From the NCBI GenBank assembly GCA_012026655.1, contig JAAILG010000297.1, positions 1 through 64,000 on the forward strand: a stretch of DNA of 64,000 bases, given 5' to 3'. Under the pieces are notes generated by a model. That model did not search any database and had not been told where the DNA came from. It saw only the letters and a program-made list of their open reading frames with translations. The DNA is from Hydrolagus affinis (Eukaryota). Each line of letters begins with the position of its first letter. The stretch's first letter is position 1. Shown piece by piece: positions 1 through 13,100 of the stretch. The translations under genes were made by a program, and so were the position numbers.

Positions 1-3000
1 ATCTCCTTTGTAGGCTCCCCGAAGGTTTGAGAATAAAAAGGTGCACCACTGAGATGCACGTTGATGTAAGGTAAAGAATGATGGAAAGTAGCAGATGCAT
101 CTCTCCCTAATACTTGCTCAGGTATCTGTCTAAGGTGGCTTCATTTCCTGACTAAACTGAGTCTGCATTGTATATGGACAAATGTATATTACCTAGACTC
201 CTCCATCTGCATTTATGTGAATCTTAATATCACAAAATGCAAAGATTATTTTAGGATTCGTTTGAGTAATTTACCCGTGCCTTAAATATCTGACAAACAT
301 TTCAATTAAGAGAGGGGAAGCTTTGTATTGGAGACGTACAGAGTATTTTGATCAGTACCAGAACAAATGCACACTGACGTTTAGTACTTGCACTTTCCAG
401 TTGAAATTGGATTTTTAACCTGAAACATTCAAGTCCAAATTACAGCAACTGTGAAGCAGTACTGTGCAAACATATTTAGACAAGAGATGTTGGGTTATGT
501 TACATGAAATACAAAGTAATTATGTCACATTTACTTCACTATTATCAGGTGTTATTTCAGGTATAAACCTTCACCAGGCCATGGCTGAGACCTTAGGTTC
601 CTATTTTGTCTGATCCTTTGTGGATTCCCAAATGAAAGCTGCTCCGATGAAATTGGCATGTTGAAGTGAGAGTTTTGTACTGAGCATCAAGCTGTTCACC
701 TGTATTGACCAGCAGCTGTCTCTTATTTTTTTTATAGGTCTATTAGAAATCAGACTCAAATGTTGGTAAATTCCAACCTCTGACTGCGTACAGACACTTG
801 TAACTTCAAAGAAACCCATTTCTGGCTTTAAACTGGAATCAATTCAAAGACACATTACTCCAAATGTTCACCAGATTTCTGGCTGTGCTCTTGTAGTTTT
901 GCCTCTGATGATCACACAGACCATTGTATGCTAAAACCCTGTGCCTGGCTGTGTATGTACAGACATAAATATTTGAAGCACACCTGTGTACTTGTATGCA
1001 GATTCTAATAATGCACATGCACACAAATGAGAGTATATGTAGTTAAACAAAAATGGTTTCTTCTTTGGAGTAAATTTAGTTCAACCCACAGATAAACATA
1101 ATTAAATCTCAACTAAACTTTAGGGACTCACAAACATACAATAAGATATTTTAAAAACTGAGATCCTTACCCTATACATTTAATTGTAGACATTTTTTCC
1201 TACTTTATACAGCAACAATGGTCTTTTGCCATGCTCTGTGGTGTTGAAATTAATGGGGTCTAATTCACGGAATTGCTTAAGAAAGGATTTATTGGAATTC
1301 TCATTGACCAGTGATAACTGGACACAAGAAACTTCTTGTGTTAGAGCAGAATGTACCTGTAAGTCAACATTGACAGGTTTCTAGTCAGGGAGGAGACACG
1401 TTCGTGTGATAAGATTCCTTATTAGTACTATGAAATAGACCACAAGAAATGTTTGTTTAAAGCTATTTTAATTATTGCCTTCAATTCCTCAAGTTCTGCC
1501 ATTCAGTACAAAGCCTATTTTGGGTGGTGTATCTATAATAACAATACCACACAGTTGCCACCTTATCCCATAGTAATTTGTCATAATGAATCATAAAAAA
1601 ATTTGAGACACTTAATGGAACCTGAGGTATAATAATGCAAGAGAAATATGCAGTGGGTTTGTTATACTTATCAAAGGATAAAACATATGGTTGATTTTTC
1701 TTATTCTGGTTCCCCCACCACGTGGACTATCGGAAAACATTCGTAAGTGAATATTTCCAGTTTTTAAATGTTGTGGAAATTTATTGTTTTTTGGAATCCT
1801 TAATATTAAAACAGCTTTTTATATTTTAAAGTTTTACTTTCACAATAATTTTAATCTGTGTTTCTCTCAGGCCCTGACGCAGTTTTTATTTTCCAATTGA
1901 CCTGCCAAGTCTTCTCATAACTTCCAACTACATATTCACTCCCTTGCTCAGTGGATCTTTACCCTGTCTCCTGCTCCCAAAGTCTGCAGAACAACAAGAG
2001 TAGTAGATAAGAAACTAACATTATTTAAGAGATTCAATTTTAAAAGGAGGATTATTGATGAGACTTCCTCTTCAAGCATTTCTTCCTGAAACCTCTGGAA
2101 TTCAATTGGCAATGTTACAGCACATTCCAAACTATCATTGCAATGAAGCTTCCCTGGAATTGCATTTGTTTTCCAGGCCATCTATCCAGCTACAAACATT
2201 CACCTCAATCAACTCGTCTACAAGATTGTGAAATATAAAGGGTGATCTGTAGAAGGATCAGTGTTTCATCAAGTGTTTCATCTTTCACTTGTGTGTGGCC
2301 TGCATATGAATCCAGCCCAGTTTATGAGATGAAAGTCTCCTCGATACCAGCTGTACCTTGCCCATATACAATTAATAGCCTCAAACCAGCTCTATTGGGA
2401 GTTGATAGAATGGCCATCTCATTCAGAGAACTCAATTTCCTGCATGAAGAGATAACTAGTGGGAAAGTGGAATAATAACACCAATGTAATCATTTGAGAT
2501 TGTGTTCAAACAAATTGTTGGGACAATGTAACAAGAACTCTATCTGATCTGGCAGGGTTTTGCCTTATTCACACCGAGACTCAGTGGGTTTGCCAATTAA
2601 ATCCACATGGGCAGATTCCACAGAACTGTCCCACTTATTACCACCATGCAGCTGCGCAACTGTGTTTAATAAACCAGTCAATTTGTGTAGATTCAAACAT
2701 GCTGGATGCGCTCACCATAGATTCTCAATTCATACCTAACATAATCATAGAAATGTGTTTTTATATAAAACGAGGCAGGGATTGAAATAAACCAGCAAGG
2801 TATGAGAGGAAGTGATGGTGGAGAACACATCAGTCAGCGTAGGATGCAATTGTAAGTTCTCACTGTGTATTTACACAGGCACCAAATATAGCAGCAGCTT
2901 ATTCTGCAAGTGATGCAGTAGCTGATGCATATTGCATGTCCCTAACTGCTGCCATGGGTGAGATTAGCAAACTGAGCACAAACAGGGATTTGAACCTGAG

Positions 3001-3524
3001 TTAAACTCACCTAGATGCCGTTTGGTGTGAAGGGATGCTATGTAAATGCAAGTTGTTGTTGCTCAAAGTCTCTGAGCTGAATAGCTGCCTGTTGTGCCAG
3101 GCTAAGCCATTGGGAGGGGAAGCTCAGCTCAGCAAAAGAGTTTGTTTTTCCTGCAAAGTGACTTACATCAGCAGATTTGTTAAATTAAGAATACGTAAGT
3201 TTATATATAGTGTCAAGTGAACATCAGATTGTATTCATATTTTGGAATAAATATGATCTCTGTTTGCTACTAATGAATGCAATAAGGGAGAAAATGTTCC
3301 ATTCCTAGTACCGTACTCACATTAGATTCAACTCAATCCTCCCACATAGATTTGTAACTGTACAACTGGACACTTTCCAGTTTAAAGAAAAGCACAATTG
3401 GCATCAATAAACTTTTAAACTCATTTATGAATTATTTTTGGAAAGAAATTTAACCAAAATATTCAGGAGAAATGAATTCTGCCCACCATTGCTCTCTGAA
3501 CGCATATTTAAAAAAAAGTAATTT

Positions 3525-3695
3525 GGTTACTCAATCCACAACTGTTTGTGGGACACTGCTGTGTGCAATTGGCAGCCGCATTTCACTCACAAAAAAACAC
3601 TCAATTCAATTTAGAGTACATTCTATGAAGTGCTTTGAGATGAATGGAAGATGTGATAAGGTGCTACAGCAAATGCAAAAATTATTATTATTATT
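3525..3695 (+). mobile_element. Deu-SINE 3' half
   Basis: ctgtttgtgggacactgctgtgtgcaattggcagccgc...aaatgcaaaa(tta)n. Confidence 0.8.
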
Positions 3696-5946
3696 AAGTT
3701 CTTTTTCTAATGGAGTAATCTCTCAAAGAATTGGTCACCAACTAATTCCTGATTCAAGTGGGTCTAATCCATTCAATCAGGACAGGATAAAATTAAAGGG
3801 CAGATAATCTACAATCTACAAGTTCATTGATTTCAGTTCATGAACAGAATTGGTATTTTTCATAGTCTGGTGAAATTGAATTTACTGCTAGAGATCTGAC
3901 CCAAACCAGGACACCTTGGATTGGAGATATTTAATATTTCATAACCATTTACACTGTGATGCCAGCCATTCTGCTCAAAGCCAAATGCGTTTGTGACCTG
4001 GCTCGTAAAATCTATGTACATCCTTAGGCAGCAATGCATGTTCTTGGCTTTCAATTAATTTTGTTGCAAAAGTAAAAGCTTTTTGCTGCATGGAAGAACT
4101 CGTGCAAACCTTTGTAGACCCAAAAGTGAAACAAAAAGAGCAAAGTTTGACAAATAAGAGAGCAGATATTTCGTGGCTGGCATATTATAACAAGTAGGTT
4201 CACATGCTGGCTGTAGATGTGTACAAATGTATACAAACATTATGTAACAGAGTTGGAAACAAAATCTTTTAAAAGGCTTCCTCTTAAAACAACCCAAAGA
4301 TGGAGCGGTGAAAATTTAGAACTGAAGGTTGTCAAATGAAATTCCATCATTTCTTGACGGATTCAATGTTAAAATTTATTACTGAATACAATTTGGACGC
4401 AGGAAATTTCCTCCTCCTAATTGTGATACAACGTAACAGAAAGTTATGCTGTGTAGAGGCTGTAACTCTGATTCTTCGTTTTTATTTGAATCCACACTGA
4501 TTACCTTCAGGAGTCTGTTACAGTACAGTGTTGGAAAAATCTTCCTTATCACAGGCTGATAAATACCAGGAAGGGCTGGTTCAATTTCCAATACAATGGT
4601 ACCAATTTGCAGCCAATGAATCCTTGGTGATCCTCAACATTATTTGTGTAGGGGAAGAAAGTTTGGTAAATTTTCATGAAAACAATGTGCCTTTAAAGAG
4701 CTCGGGGCACAAACACTATACATGTTGCAACTAGTTATTAGCATACCAAGTGCCCTGGAACACCTCAGCCTGACATTCATTGCCAACCACCGTGGAAAGC
4801 CACTTATAAAACTTGTACGTTTGCAATGACTCAGAGGCTGAATAAGGCTAATGTGGTAGGGACACGAGCAGTCAAGTTTGGGGCCATAATGTGAAAGGGG
4901 CTATATAAATGTAAATTATATTGTAGTGTAAAATGTGTTCCTCAGTTTATTGTGTTACATCTGTTTTATTTTCAGATTTCAGTGTTTACAGTCAAAGGGA
5001 CCTTCATTTCTTTTTAACCTAAAAAGATCTTTGGAGACATTATGAAGTTTAATAAGCATTTCCTAACTAGATTCCAAATGGCCAAGATTCAACAGATAAT
5101 GTTTTCCTGGTTCATCCATTGTCCCTGTGCTTACATTCCACATGCCCACATGTAAGACACCTGCCCCCACACCATGTAAATAACACTCCCCAAGATTATA
5201 AAGTAAGCCCCACCCCCGGGTCCTGTCGACGCAGCTGTGTCCAACCCACAGGTCAAAGCAATGCAAGTCTCCTCCATCCCTCAGGAGAAGCACCACTTAC
5301 CACTTCCCCAGAGAGCTCCAACTAGATCAGGCATCCAAAGCTGAACACAATTAAAAGGCTGGTGGCCCCTTGGTTAGGACTGCCTTTGCCTTTAATTACA
5401 CACCCAGCAAATAACTACAAAAGGACTATTCTGATGAAGCCTAACGTGTACCCGATTTCATCTGAAACCACACGAGTGTCACTTAATCTTAAAGTTTAAG
5501 TCAATGTGGGATTTACTTTTGAGACATGTGATTTTATTGTCTGATCACTGCTCATTCCAGCCCCTATTTGTTTAGTCTACAATATAAACTGCTCAGACAG
5601 CAAATGCTTTTTCTAAATGATCGGTGGTTTGCATACCGCCCCTACAGAAATCACAAATGGCTTTAGTCAAAGCAAGTTTGTGATTATAGAAAAAATTACT
5701 GCAATTAAAAAAAAAGGCAACATGGGAGCATGTAAATCATTTCAGTGCATGTGCCCGAACACTCAGCAATGCATCGCTCCTTGAATTCAGAGTTTTAGGA
5801 ACTTTTACACTGTCTGCAGGGAACACAATTAATAGTGTGTTTTACCATCACATTGCGAAACAAAAAGCATAACTGAGTATCGGGAGCTTTATGGAAGGTG
5901 TAAAGAGGTGCTACAGTGACACAATGGTACGTGGGTAAGCCATGCC

Positions 5947-6039
5947 ATAATAAATAATAATAAGAAGAATAATCCTTGCATTTGATACATCACATCTTAT
6001 CACATCTTCAAGGTGTCTCAAAGTACTTCACAGAATATA
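5947..6039 (-). mobile_element. SINE 3' tail fragment
   Basis: aataatccttgcatttgat...tctcaaagtacttcacagaatata. Confidence 0.75.
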
Positions 6040-7142
6040 ATACTAGAGATAAGTTCATGATTTAGAGTACATTATTCCAATGGAAATGAGATATTGTCTT
6101 TCAAATTATCCAGGTTTATTTTTTTTAACAACAGTTTACTCTACAACCAATTAAGGCTACAAGTCAGTGGCTATTTGAGTAGAGCAGGGAGGGCATCAGA
6201 CAAGAAGCAAGCATCTCAGCAAGATGAGGCCAGTGTAGGAGTGAAGAGGTACATACATATCAATGAGGCAGTGGAGATGGGAGCAAATTAGAAAACTAGG
6301 ATTGGACATAATCTTTTTATGGTCTCCTTCCCTCCACACCCATCTGCATTCCCTCCTAGACTCATTATACTTCCTTCGCAAGCTGCCAACTTTTAATTCA
6401 GCACAGCTTCCAGTATTGTGGAAACTCAAGTTTCCAGACGCAATATATTTTAGACTTAGGCAATGTTTTTTAGATGACTACTTACAGGAAAATGTTCTCA
6501 GTGAAACAAACACATTGAAGAATCAACAGATGTGTGTGCAGCAAGTGCATAGGGCAAGTCTGATGGCAGGCTGACTAATATCACCAGAGTACCTGGTAGT
6601 TATGTAATAGTCATGAGCGAATGAGTCACTTCTATGCATTCATAGTACTAATTTCACATGAACAGGCAACATGTTAAAGCAACCATATTTGGATTTGGAA
6701 TTTTTAATGTCATCGGACTTGCACATGTCAAGACATGGTAGGAACTGGTAGGAAGAACACTCCTTAAGTTCCCAGAAGTTGCAACCGGTTAAAATATTCG
6801 TGCAGTTAAAATATGCGTGGGTACGATAGTGGCGTTTCATTAACCATGCAATGCAATAACAACCACATAAAATGCATTATAAAAATGCTTCTAATTTCAT
6901 CTCTGTATCATTATCTCTGATTGCTGTACCCCACCCATAATATAAAATAATAACTGCTTATAATGTTCAATCTCCAGGATTTCCTACTGATAGATATCAC
7001 AGTATTTAATATCATTCCAGGATGACCACCAGATCGTGTCTCTCTCCAGAGTTTGCACTGCGACACTCTTTTTTTTCCCTTTGCCTTTCTTGCATAAGCA
7101 GATGCATGACCATCACGTGGAGGAAGGATACGAGGACTCCTT

Positions 7143-7260
7143 ATAATAAGAATAATGATCCTTGCATTTGATAGAGTGCTTTATCAAGTCGTCAAGATGC
7201 CTCAAAGCACTTCACAGGGTATACTGTAAATTGGTGTGTGTCGATACTTTGTGGGCAAAA
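7143..7260 (-). mobile_element. SINE 3' fragment
   Basis: Same tail consensus as 24908-25020. Confidence 0.75.
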
Positions 7261-9324
7261 TAACTTTTACTGACCATACAACAAAAAATACTCCTAAAGA
7301 TTTCTTTCTCCATTTGGTTTTGATGCCTTGGACTCAAATATTTTATGAGTACAGTCAGGACACCACTGATCCCCAGGGCAGATCACAGGTGTGTCTGACA
7401 TCAGGCAGGTTAGCCAGCAGATTTTAATGTTGGACTGGGGTTATATAACAACATTTTATGCCTGGTTTGTGGTGCCTCTACTGTGCAATGTAATAAATAA
7501 GGGCTGTGGTAGCATGTGAAGCACAGGGGCAAAATTTATCACATCAAACGTGTTATGAAACACTGCCAATTTTACCCAACAGTGTGCAGTTAAACAAAAG
7601 CCTCACATACGTGTATTGGCTTTTTCTGATTGCTTTTAAATGTTCTTCATGTCAGCTGATATGGAGACTGAGAAGCAATTTATGTGCAATTTCACTTTAC
7701 GCAACTGTAACCGAGGGATCACTGAATAGAAGCTTGGGATGAGTCTGCACAGTTCAGCACTTGGCTGTTTGAAAGGAAGATCCGTCCAAATCTAGTTTGT
7801 GTGAGTTCCCTTTGTGGGGCCCTTTTTTTTAAACAGCCTCCACTTGTTCGCAGAATAAGCATGTGAGAGGCTTCAGTGAGATACCCAATGGAGATTGTTG
7901 ATTGATCCTGTTATGATTCCATGTATTGCTAAAACTTCATTAATTGTGCATGAAAATAATCAAAAAGAATGCTGATTCAAGACAACAAGGCGCCTGCTAA
8001 CAACATAAGTGCTATTATTTGCAGCGACTTCAATAATATGGGCCGTTAACTGAAACAATGTCAAAGCTCGCCTTCTTTCTAATTTTCTACCGCATGAAAT
8101 TGATTAATATCATCAAGGGACTGGACAGCTTTTATTCAGTTCCAAAATCCAATCTGGTTTAGAAGTCCAGTGAACACCTCACTAGCTAGAATATTTATTC
8201 TCAATCAGTTTCTCCAATTTAACCACACCTTGAATTTCTGCCTTGGCCTGTGGACACCATATCACACACCAAACCGACGTATGTCAATTAAACTGGACAC
8301 AAATGGTTTAACGGTCGATACATTAACCCATGTATAATTGGACTTTTGTGTCAATAGATATTCATGTGAAGAAGATTTGGGCCCATTTTTAGTGTTACTG
8401 TACAAAGTTTCACTGTTACAGTACTTAATATTGGAGTCTGGGTGCCTCCATTTTCCTGTCGAATAGATTTGTACAGAAGTGTATTGTATCATCCATGAAT
8501 CCTGGCACCGTGATGTCCTATTCTTGGTTGAGAGATAGCAAGGCTACAAGTCTGAAGGTGAGTTAATAGATGCCCCGCGCGCACATCTCCCCAAAGCTAG
8601 TTACTGTCACTTGAACTGGAAATAGGCAGCAACCCAGAAACAAATCGTTTCCCTCCATTCTCCTCTGCACGCATCTTAAGAATAATGCAGCACCTGGGGC
8701 TCACACAAAGAGGTGAAGACAATTGTTTTTTAAACATTGCAGTGGACTGCTTTTCATATAGTGCGATGGAACATCACTGTTATTTGGGGTTACACGTTAC
8801 TGTGCTGAGCAGAATTGACAAGCACTGAATAATTGATTCCAGATCGATGCAGCATGAATGCCCTGCTAGGTCAACATCTTCTGCAGGGCAAGGAACCTGA
8901 GGAAAGAACAATTCCATTTAACTTAAAAACTTTCAGATGCTTGGCAGCAGATAAAAGGCATCTGCTGGTGATCCGACATGCCGTTACTTCACCTTGCTCT
9001 TTCGTTTCAAGTCCTGGAAGCCTGCTGTCGTTTCACCTGCGATCCATTTTGAACTATGTGTTTAAATATATTCACCTGGATATGATAAGCAACATCTGCT
9101 TGTAAACCTGTTACCAGTCAAGACCTTGTGGGTAATGGTGGAGCCAGTCAGATTTCACAAGACTGATAGTTCATCTTCAGCAAACTTTCTCATCCTCTAA
9201 CATTCAAAACCAATTGGAACATTCAGAGCTGACTGTTTCCAGTACAAAAACCTTTTAATTAAGTTTGGTTTGATCAGTTCGCTTGTCAGGCAGGACTGAG
9301 GAGGATGACAATGGGTGTTAACCT

Positions 9325-9690
9325 GGCTCAGTAGTAGCACTCTCGCCACTCTTCTAGTCAGTAGAGGAAAGTTGTGGGTTCAAGCCCACATCTGGACTTG
9401 GAATCATATAGTCTCATCTGACAATGTAATGCAATTCTAGGAGTATATTGCATTGTCAGAGGTGCCCACATCCTCAGATGGACTATTAAACTGAAGTTCT
9501 GCCTCCCTTTTCTGTTCAAAGTACAGTATACCATGGAATCTTTAACATCTACCTGAACAGGCAGTTCAAAAAGAAAACTGAGTGTATCCCAGTGTCCTGG
9601 CCAACAAACCATCAAATAAAATAGGTCATTCACTTCATGGCTGTTGGTGAGACAATGTTATGTACAATTTGGCTGCCTCATTTACTCACA
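9325..9690 (+). mobile_element. Older SacSINE1/AmnSINE1-like Deu SINE, nearly complete but decayed
   Basis: A box tggctcagtagtag, B box gggttcaagccc, body attgtcagaggtgcc...cccagtgtcctggccaac, Deu-like core at 9637-9685. Confidence 0.7.
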
Positions 9691-10739
9691 AATAGAAGAA
9701 CCCCATAGCGTACACCTTTGAGCTTGGCCATGTTTGAGCTCTTTACTCTGCCACTCCCTCTTTGTCATACTTGAACAGGTCGGTTTGAAACTGACTGTAA
9801 AGTATTCTGTTAAGTATTGTATAAACTCATGTTTGGTTAATTATTCTAGATTGAACAAGGTTGAAATATTCTTTCTGGTGACTAATTTCTGTAATTTATC
9901 AATATTACACAGTAAATGTAGCTTGGAGTGAATGCACAATAGAGAAGCAAGAACTGCAGCCTTACGGTTAATATATAGTCCCATGAATCTCAGCAAACAC
10001 AGGGACAAATCATCTTCGACCAGTTGTTAGGAGAATGTAGGAATCTTGTTGGGGAGTTTTGCATTCATGTAAGATAAGTAGATTGCATGAAACTTTCAGC
10101 AGAGATTTATTACAGTTATGAGAAACTCTTACTATTCCCGGGTGCACTCCAACTCTTAGAATGTTTCAATTAGAGCTTTCACACTGCTTTCTTTGTCTAC
10201 TGTACTTCTAAGGACTAAGAGTTTTCAACCAATTCTTTCATAAATTCCCTAGCATTCCAGACAAGTAGTCTGTTGTGTTTGAGATATTTACATAATGGGA
10301 ATAAATGAGAAAGTGCTGTTCAACTCAAACAAAGGGGGTACTCTATCTGTTGCTGCCTGCACTTATCTCAAAATAAGGCAAAGGTTGTAAACTCGTATAA
10401 ACATACGTATAAAAGTTAGATTCTCAGAGCCAAGTTCATTTATAACACAAATGCGGAGTGACAGACCACTTTTAACATCCTCGTGCACAGTTAAGCAAAT
10501 TCATTGTAAAAGACAGGGCTACAGATTGAAAGCATGACTGCTTTGCTTTGGAAATATTTCAAACTTACAGATTCAAACATTTATGCTCTTGTGTAATGAG
10601 GAAACGGTGAGTCACTTCAGATCCATGGACGAAACAATTAATTTTTAAACCTCAGGAAGATGGGCTCAGTGGAAAAAGAACACATTCAGACAGTCTACAT
10701 TTTTTTGTTTTCTTTTCATAATTGTCCATTTTACTTTTA

Positions 10740-10900
10740 ACAACAAATTAAATTTATTTGCATAGCCCCTTTCATGCTGTGAGCACACCCAAAGGCACTG
10801 GGCAGTCAGGGATTTAGGCCTGAGCTGGGAGTTGTGAGCAGGAAGGCAGGCAGAGGAAGGGTAGGAGGGTGACCAAAGGCACGGTTGAAGAGGTGTGGGG
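10740..10900 (-). mobile_element. Decayed L2 3' end
   Basis: caacaaattaaatttatttgcatagcccctttcatg...cccaaaggcactgggcagtcagggattt. Confidence 0.6.
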
Positions 10901-11529
10901 AATTGAGACAGGCCTTGAGAGCAACATGCATTCGTTGGCTGTGTTTTTAGCTTAGCCCCGGAGGACAGAACCAGTTTCTTTCTTTCAGAAAATAATATAC
11001 TTTTTAAATCTCATGCTTGGAGTGATGTTCGCGAAGATTGTGTACAGTTCTGGTCACTGCAACGTAAGAGTGATACCTAGGCCTAAAGGCAATGCAGAGA
11101 TGTACATCTAGACTAAAACCCAGTGTTAGATGTACCAAGGCGACATGATAAGAGGACCCAGGTGCAGGGCTGAGAAAAGCAATTTTAAGACAGCCACCAA
11201 GAAGTAATTTTTTTGCATAAGGTCTAATTAATGACTGAGTGGTGATTTGAGAGTTGCAATTCACTGGTCACGATCCCCATCGCAAATTATCACAACAAAT
11301 CCAGGTCCTGACCATCACATATTACATGCCAGTGACCTCAAAACCAGGCCCTGGAGTTTTACAAATGTATCTGGCTTTATTTCAGCTGGTGGTAAGCACT
11401 GGAATAGCACAGTATGCCTTGAGTAAGAAAAGCATCCATTGTAGAAACAGCGTCTAGTTTTAAAAGCGCAAAGCTGGATTTGGCTTCAAGAAATATGCCT
11501 CTTTTCTTAGTACACTTTGCAGTCTGTTT

Positions 11530-11616
11530 TTTGAGACTTCATTAACTAACTGAGCTATTTCCGCCCATAAGAAAGTGTATGGGCAGAAATAGGTCAGTAG
11601 TTAATGAAGTCTCAAA
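11530..11616. repeat. Long inverted repeat / hairpin (about 40-bp arms, 8-nt loop)
   Basis: tttgagacttcattaactaactgagctatttccgcccata-agaaagtg-tatgggcagaaataggtcagtagttaatgaagtctcaaa; 2 substitutions and 1 indel between arms. Confidence 0.9.
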
Positions 11617-12547
11617 CAACAAACGGGATGCCAGTGACTGACTCCAGAAAATAGCTGAGATGTACCACGAAAGGCTGCCAAGGACAAAGATTAGCTTCAG
11701 TCACAAATCTCCAAATTTGGCCGGAATCAAAATACTGTTCCAAGAATCACTGATTCTTACCGAAATCTTCATGTCCGGGCAAACGGCTCAGAGAAAATAA
11801 GCCGTGCAAAGCTTCAGCACTAGCAAAAATTCTGCTTAAAAATAAACAGAAACATTTTAAACTTGTCAATACTGTATACATAAAAATCTTTCAATTATCA
11901 CTACATCCAACTATCTATAAAGATGTCCTCAAATTACATTGTCTTCCAGTTAAAGGAACATTAATAAAAAAATCCAAAGTACAAGCATCTCTAGCCACAT
12001 TGGTATGCTAACAATTGCTTTTATTTCCACCCAGAATATCATATGTTCAGAGTGTTCAGCTTTTGGCAATAATATGAGACCACTTTGTGGGTTTAAAGCA
12101 CTCAAGCCTGCAGACAGCAGCAAGCCGTTGTGGGAGTCAGACGAGGAGGAAGCCAAGAAGCTGGCAATGTGCACCATTGCTACTTGACAACAAAATCTCC
12201 CATGAAAACCTACCAGTAAATGATTAGCCAGACATTGTAACCAGGAGGAGGAATCAGATTGGAAGTCTCCAGAGGAGACAAGCTGAAAGCATGGTACCTA
12301 CCTTGCAGTTGTTCAGCAAAACAAACCAGAATCTTGAATCACACAGTCTTTGATTGTTACAGAGTCACTTGTGGACTTCCTTAGGACCCAGTTGAGGTTG
12401 CATGCTAAATTGGATGAACAGTGGCCACTTTGAGATGCTTTTTGTTGAAATTACCTTTTAATCAGAGTGGGCTTTAATCGTCCTGGGTGCATGCATATTC
12501 ACAATTTGTTAGCATAATGTGAACACTCCCAAAGGGTAGTATCCAGG

Positions 12548-12617
12548 GCCTTGGGACGTCCTCCTGACTGAAAGGCGTTATACAGTACTAGTGTAATTTT
12601 GTTGTGGTTGTTGTTGT
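12548..12617 (+). mobile_element. L2 tail fragment
   Basis: ccttgggacgtcctcctgactgaaaggcg...gtaattttgttgtggttgttgttg. Confidence 0.7.
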
Positions 12618-12821
12618 ATCCAGTCCACCTGTGATTTTACCTTCAGGTTTCCCAGACAGCAATAAATCTGTTGTCAAATCTAGAACAAACTGCTGAAGAT
12701 CTCACACATGAAACATCAGTACACATTGTGTTGTGTATTTTCCAGCTCAATCTCCAGAATGATAAGGGTGTCAGCTCCAATGCTCCATTCATACAGTGCC
12801 TTTCATGTTTGGACCTGAACC

Positions 12822-13100
12822 GGGAGGTGTTGGAGGGGTTTGAAATCATGGAGGGTGGGTGGGGGCAAAGGCGCAGTCAAAGATGAGGGTCTTGAGATGT
12901 GCCTTGAAGGAGGCAAGGGAGGGAGTGAGGCGAAGGGATTGTGGGTTGGAGTTCCAGAGGGTGCGGGTAGAGAGGCTGTAGATAGGATGGGCCGGGAGGG
13001 GGATGTGGAGCAGGCTGGAGCCTGCTGAGTAGTGGGAGCGGACAGGTTGATAAGGCATTAGCAGGCCACAGAGGTAGGAAGGAACAAGGCCGTAGAGGTT
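12822..13100 (-). mobile_element. L2 LINE ORF2 C-terminal remnant
   Basis: Minus translation GLVPSYLCGLLMPYQPVRS...LWNSNPQSLRLTPSLASFKAHLKTLIF is the typical L2 ORF2 end. Confidence 0.8.
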
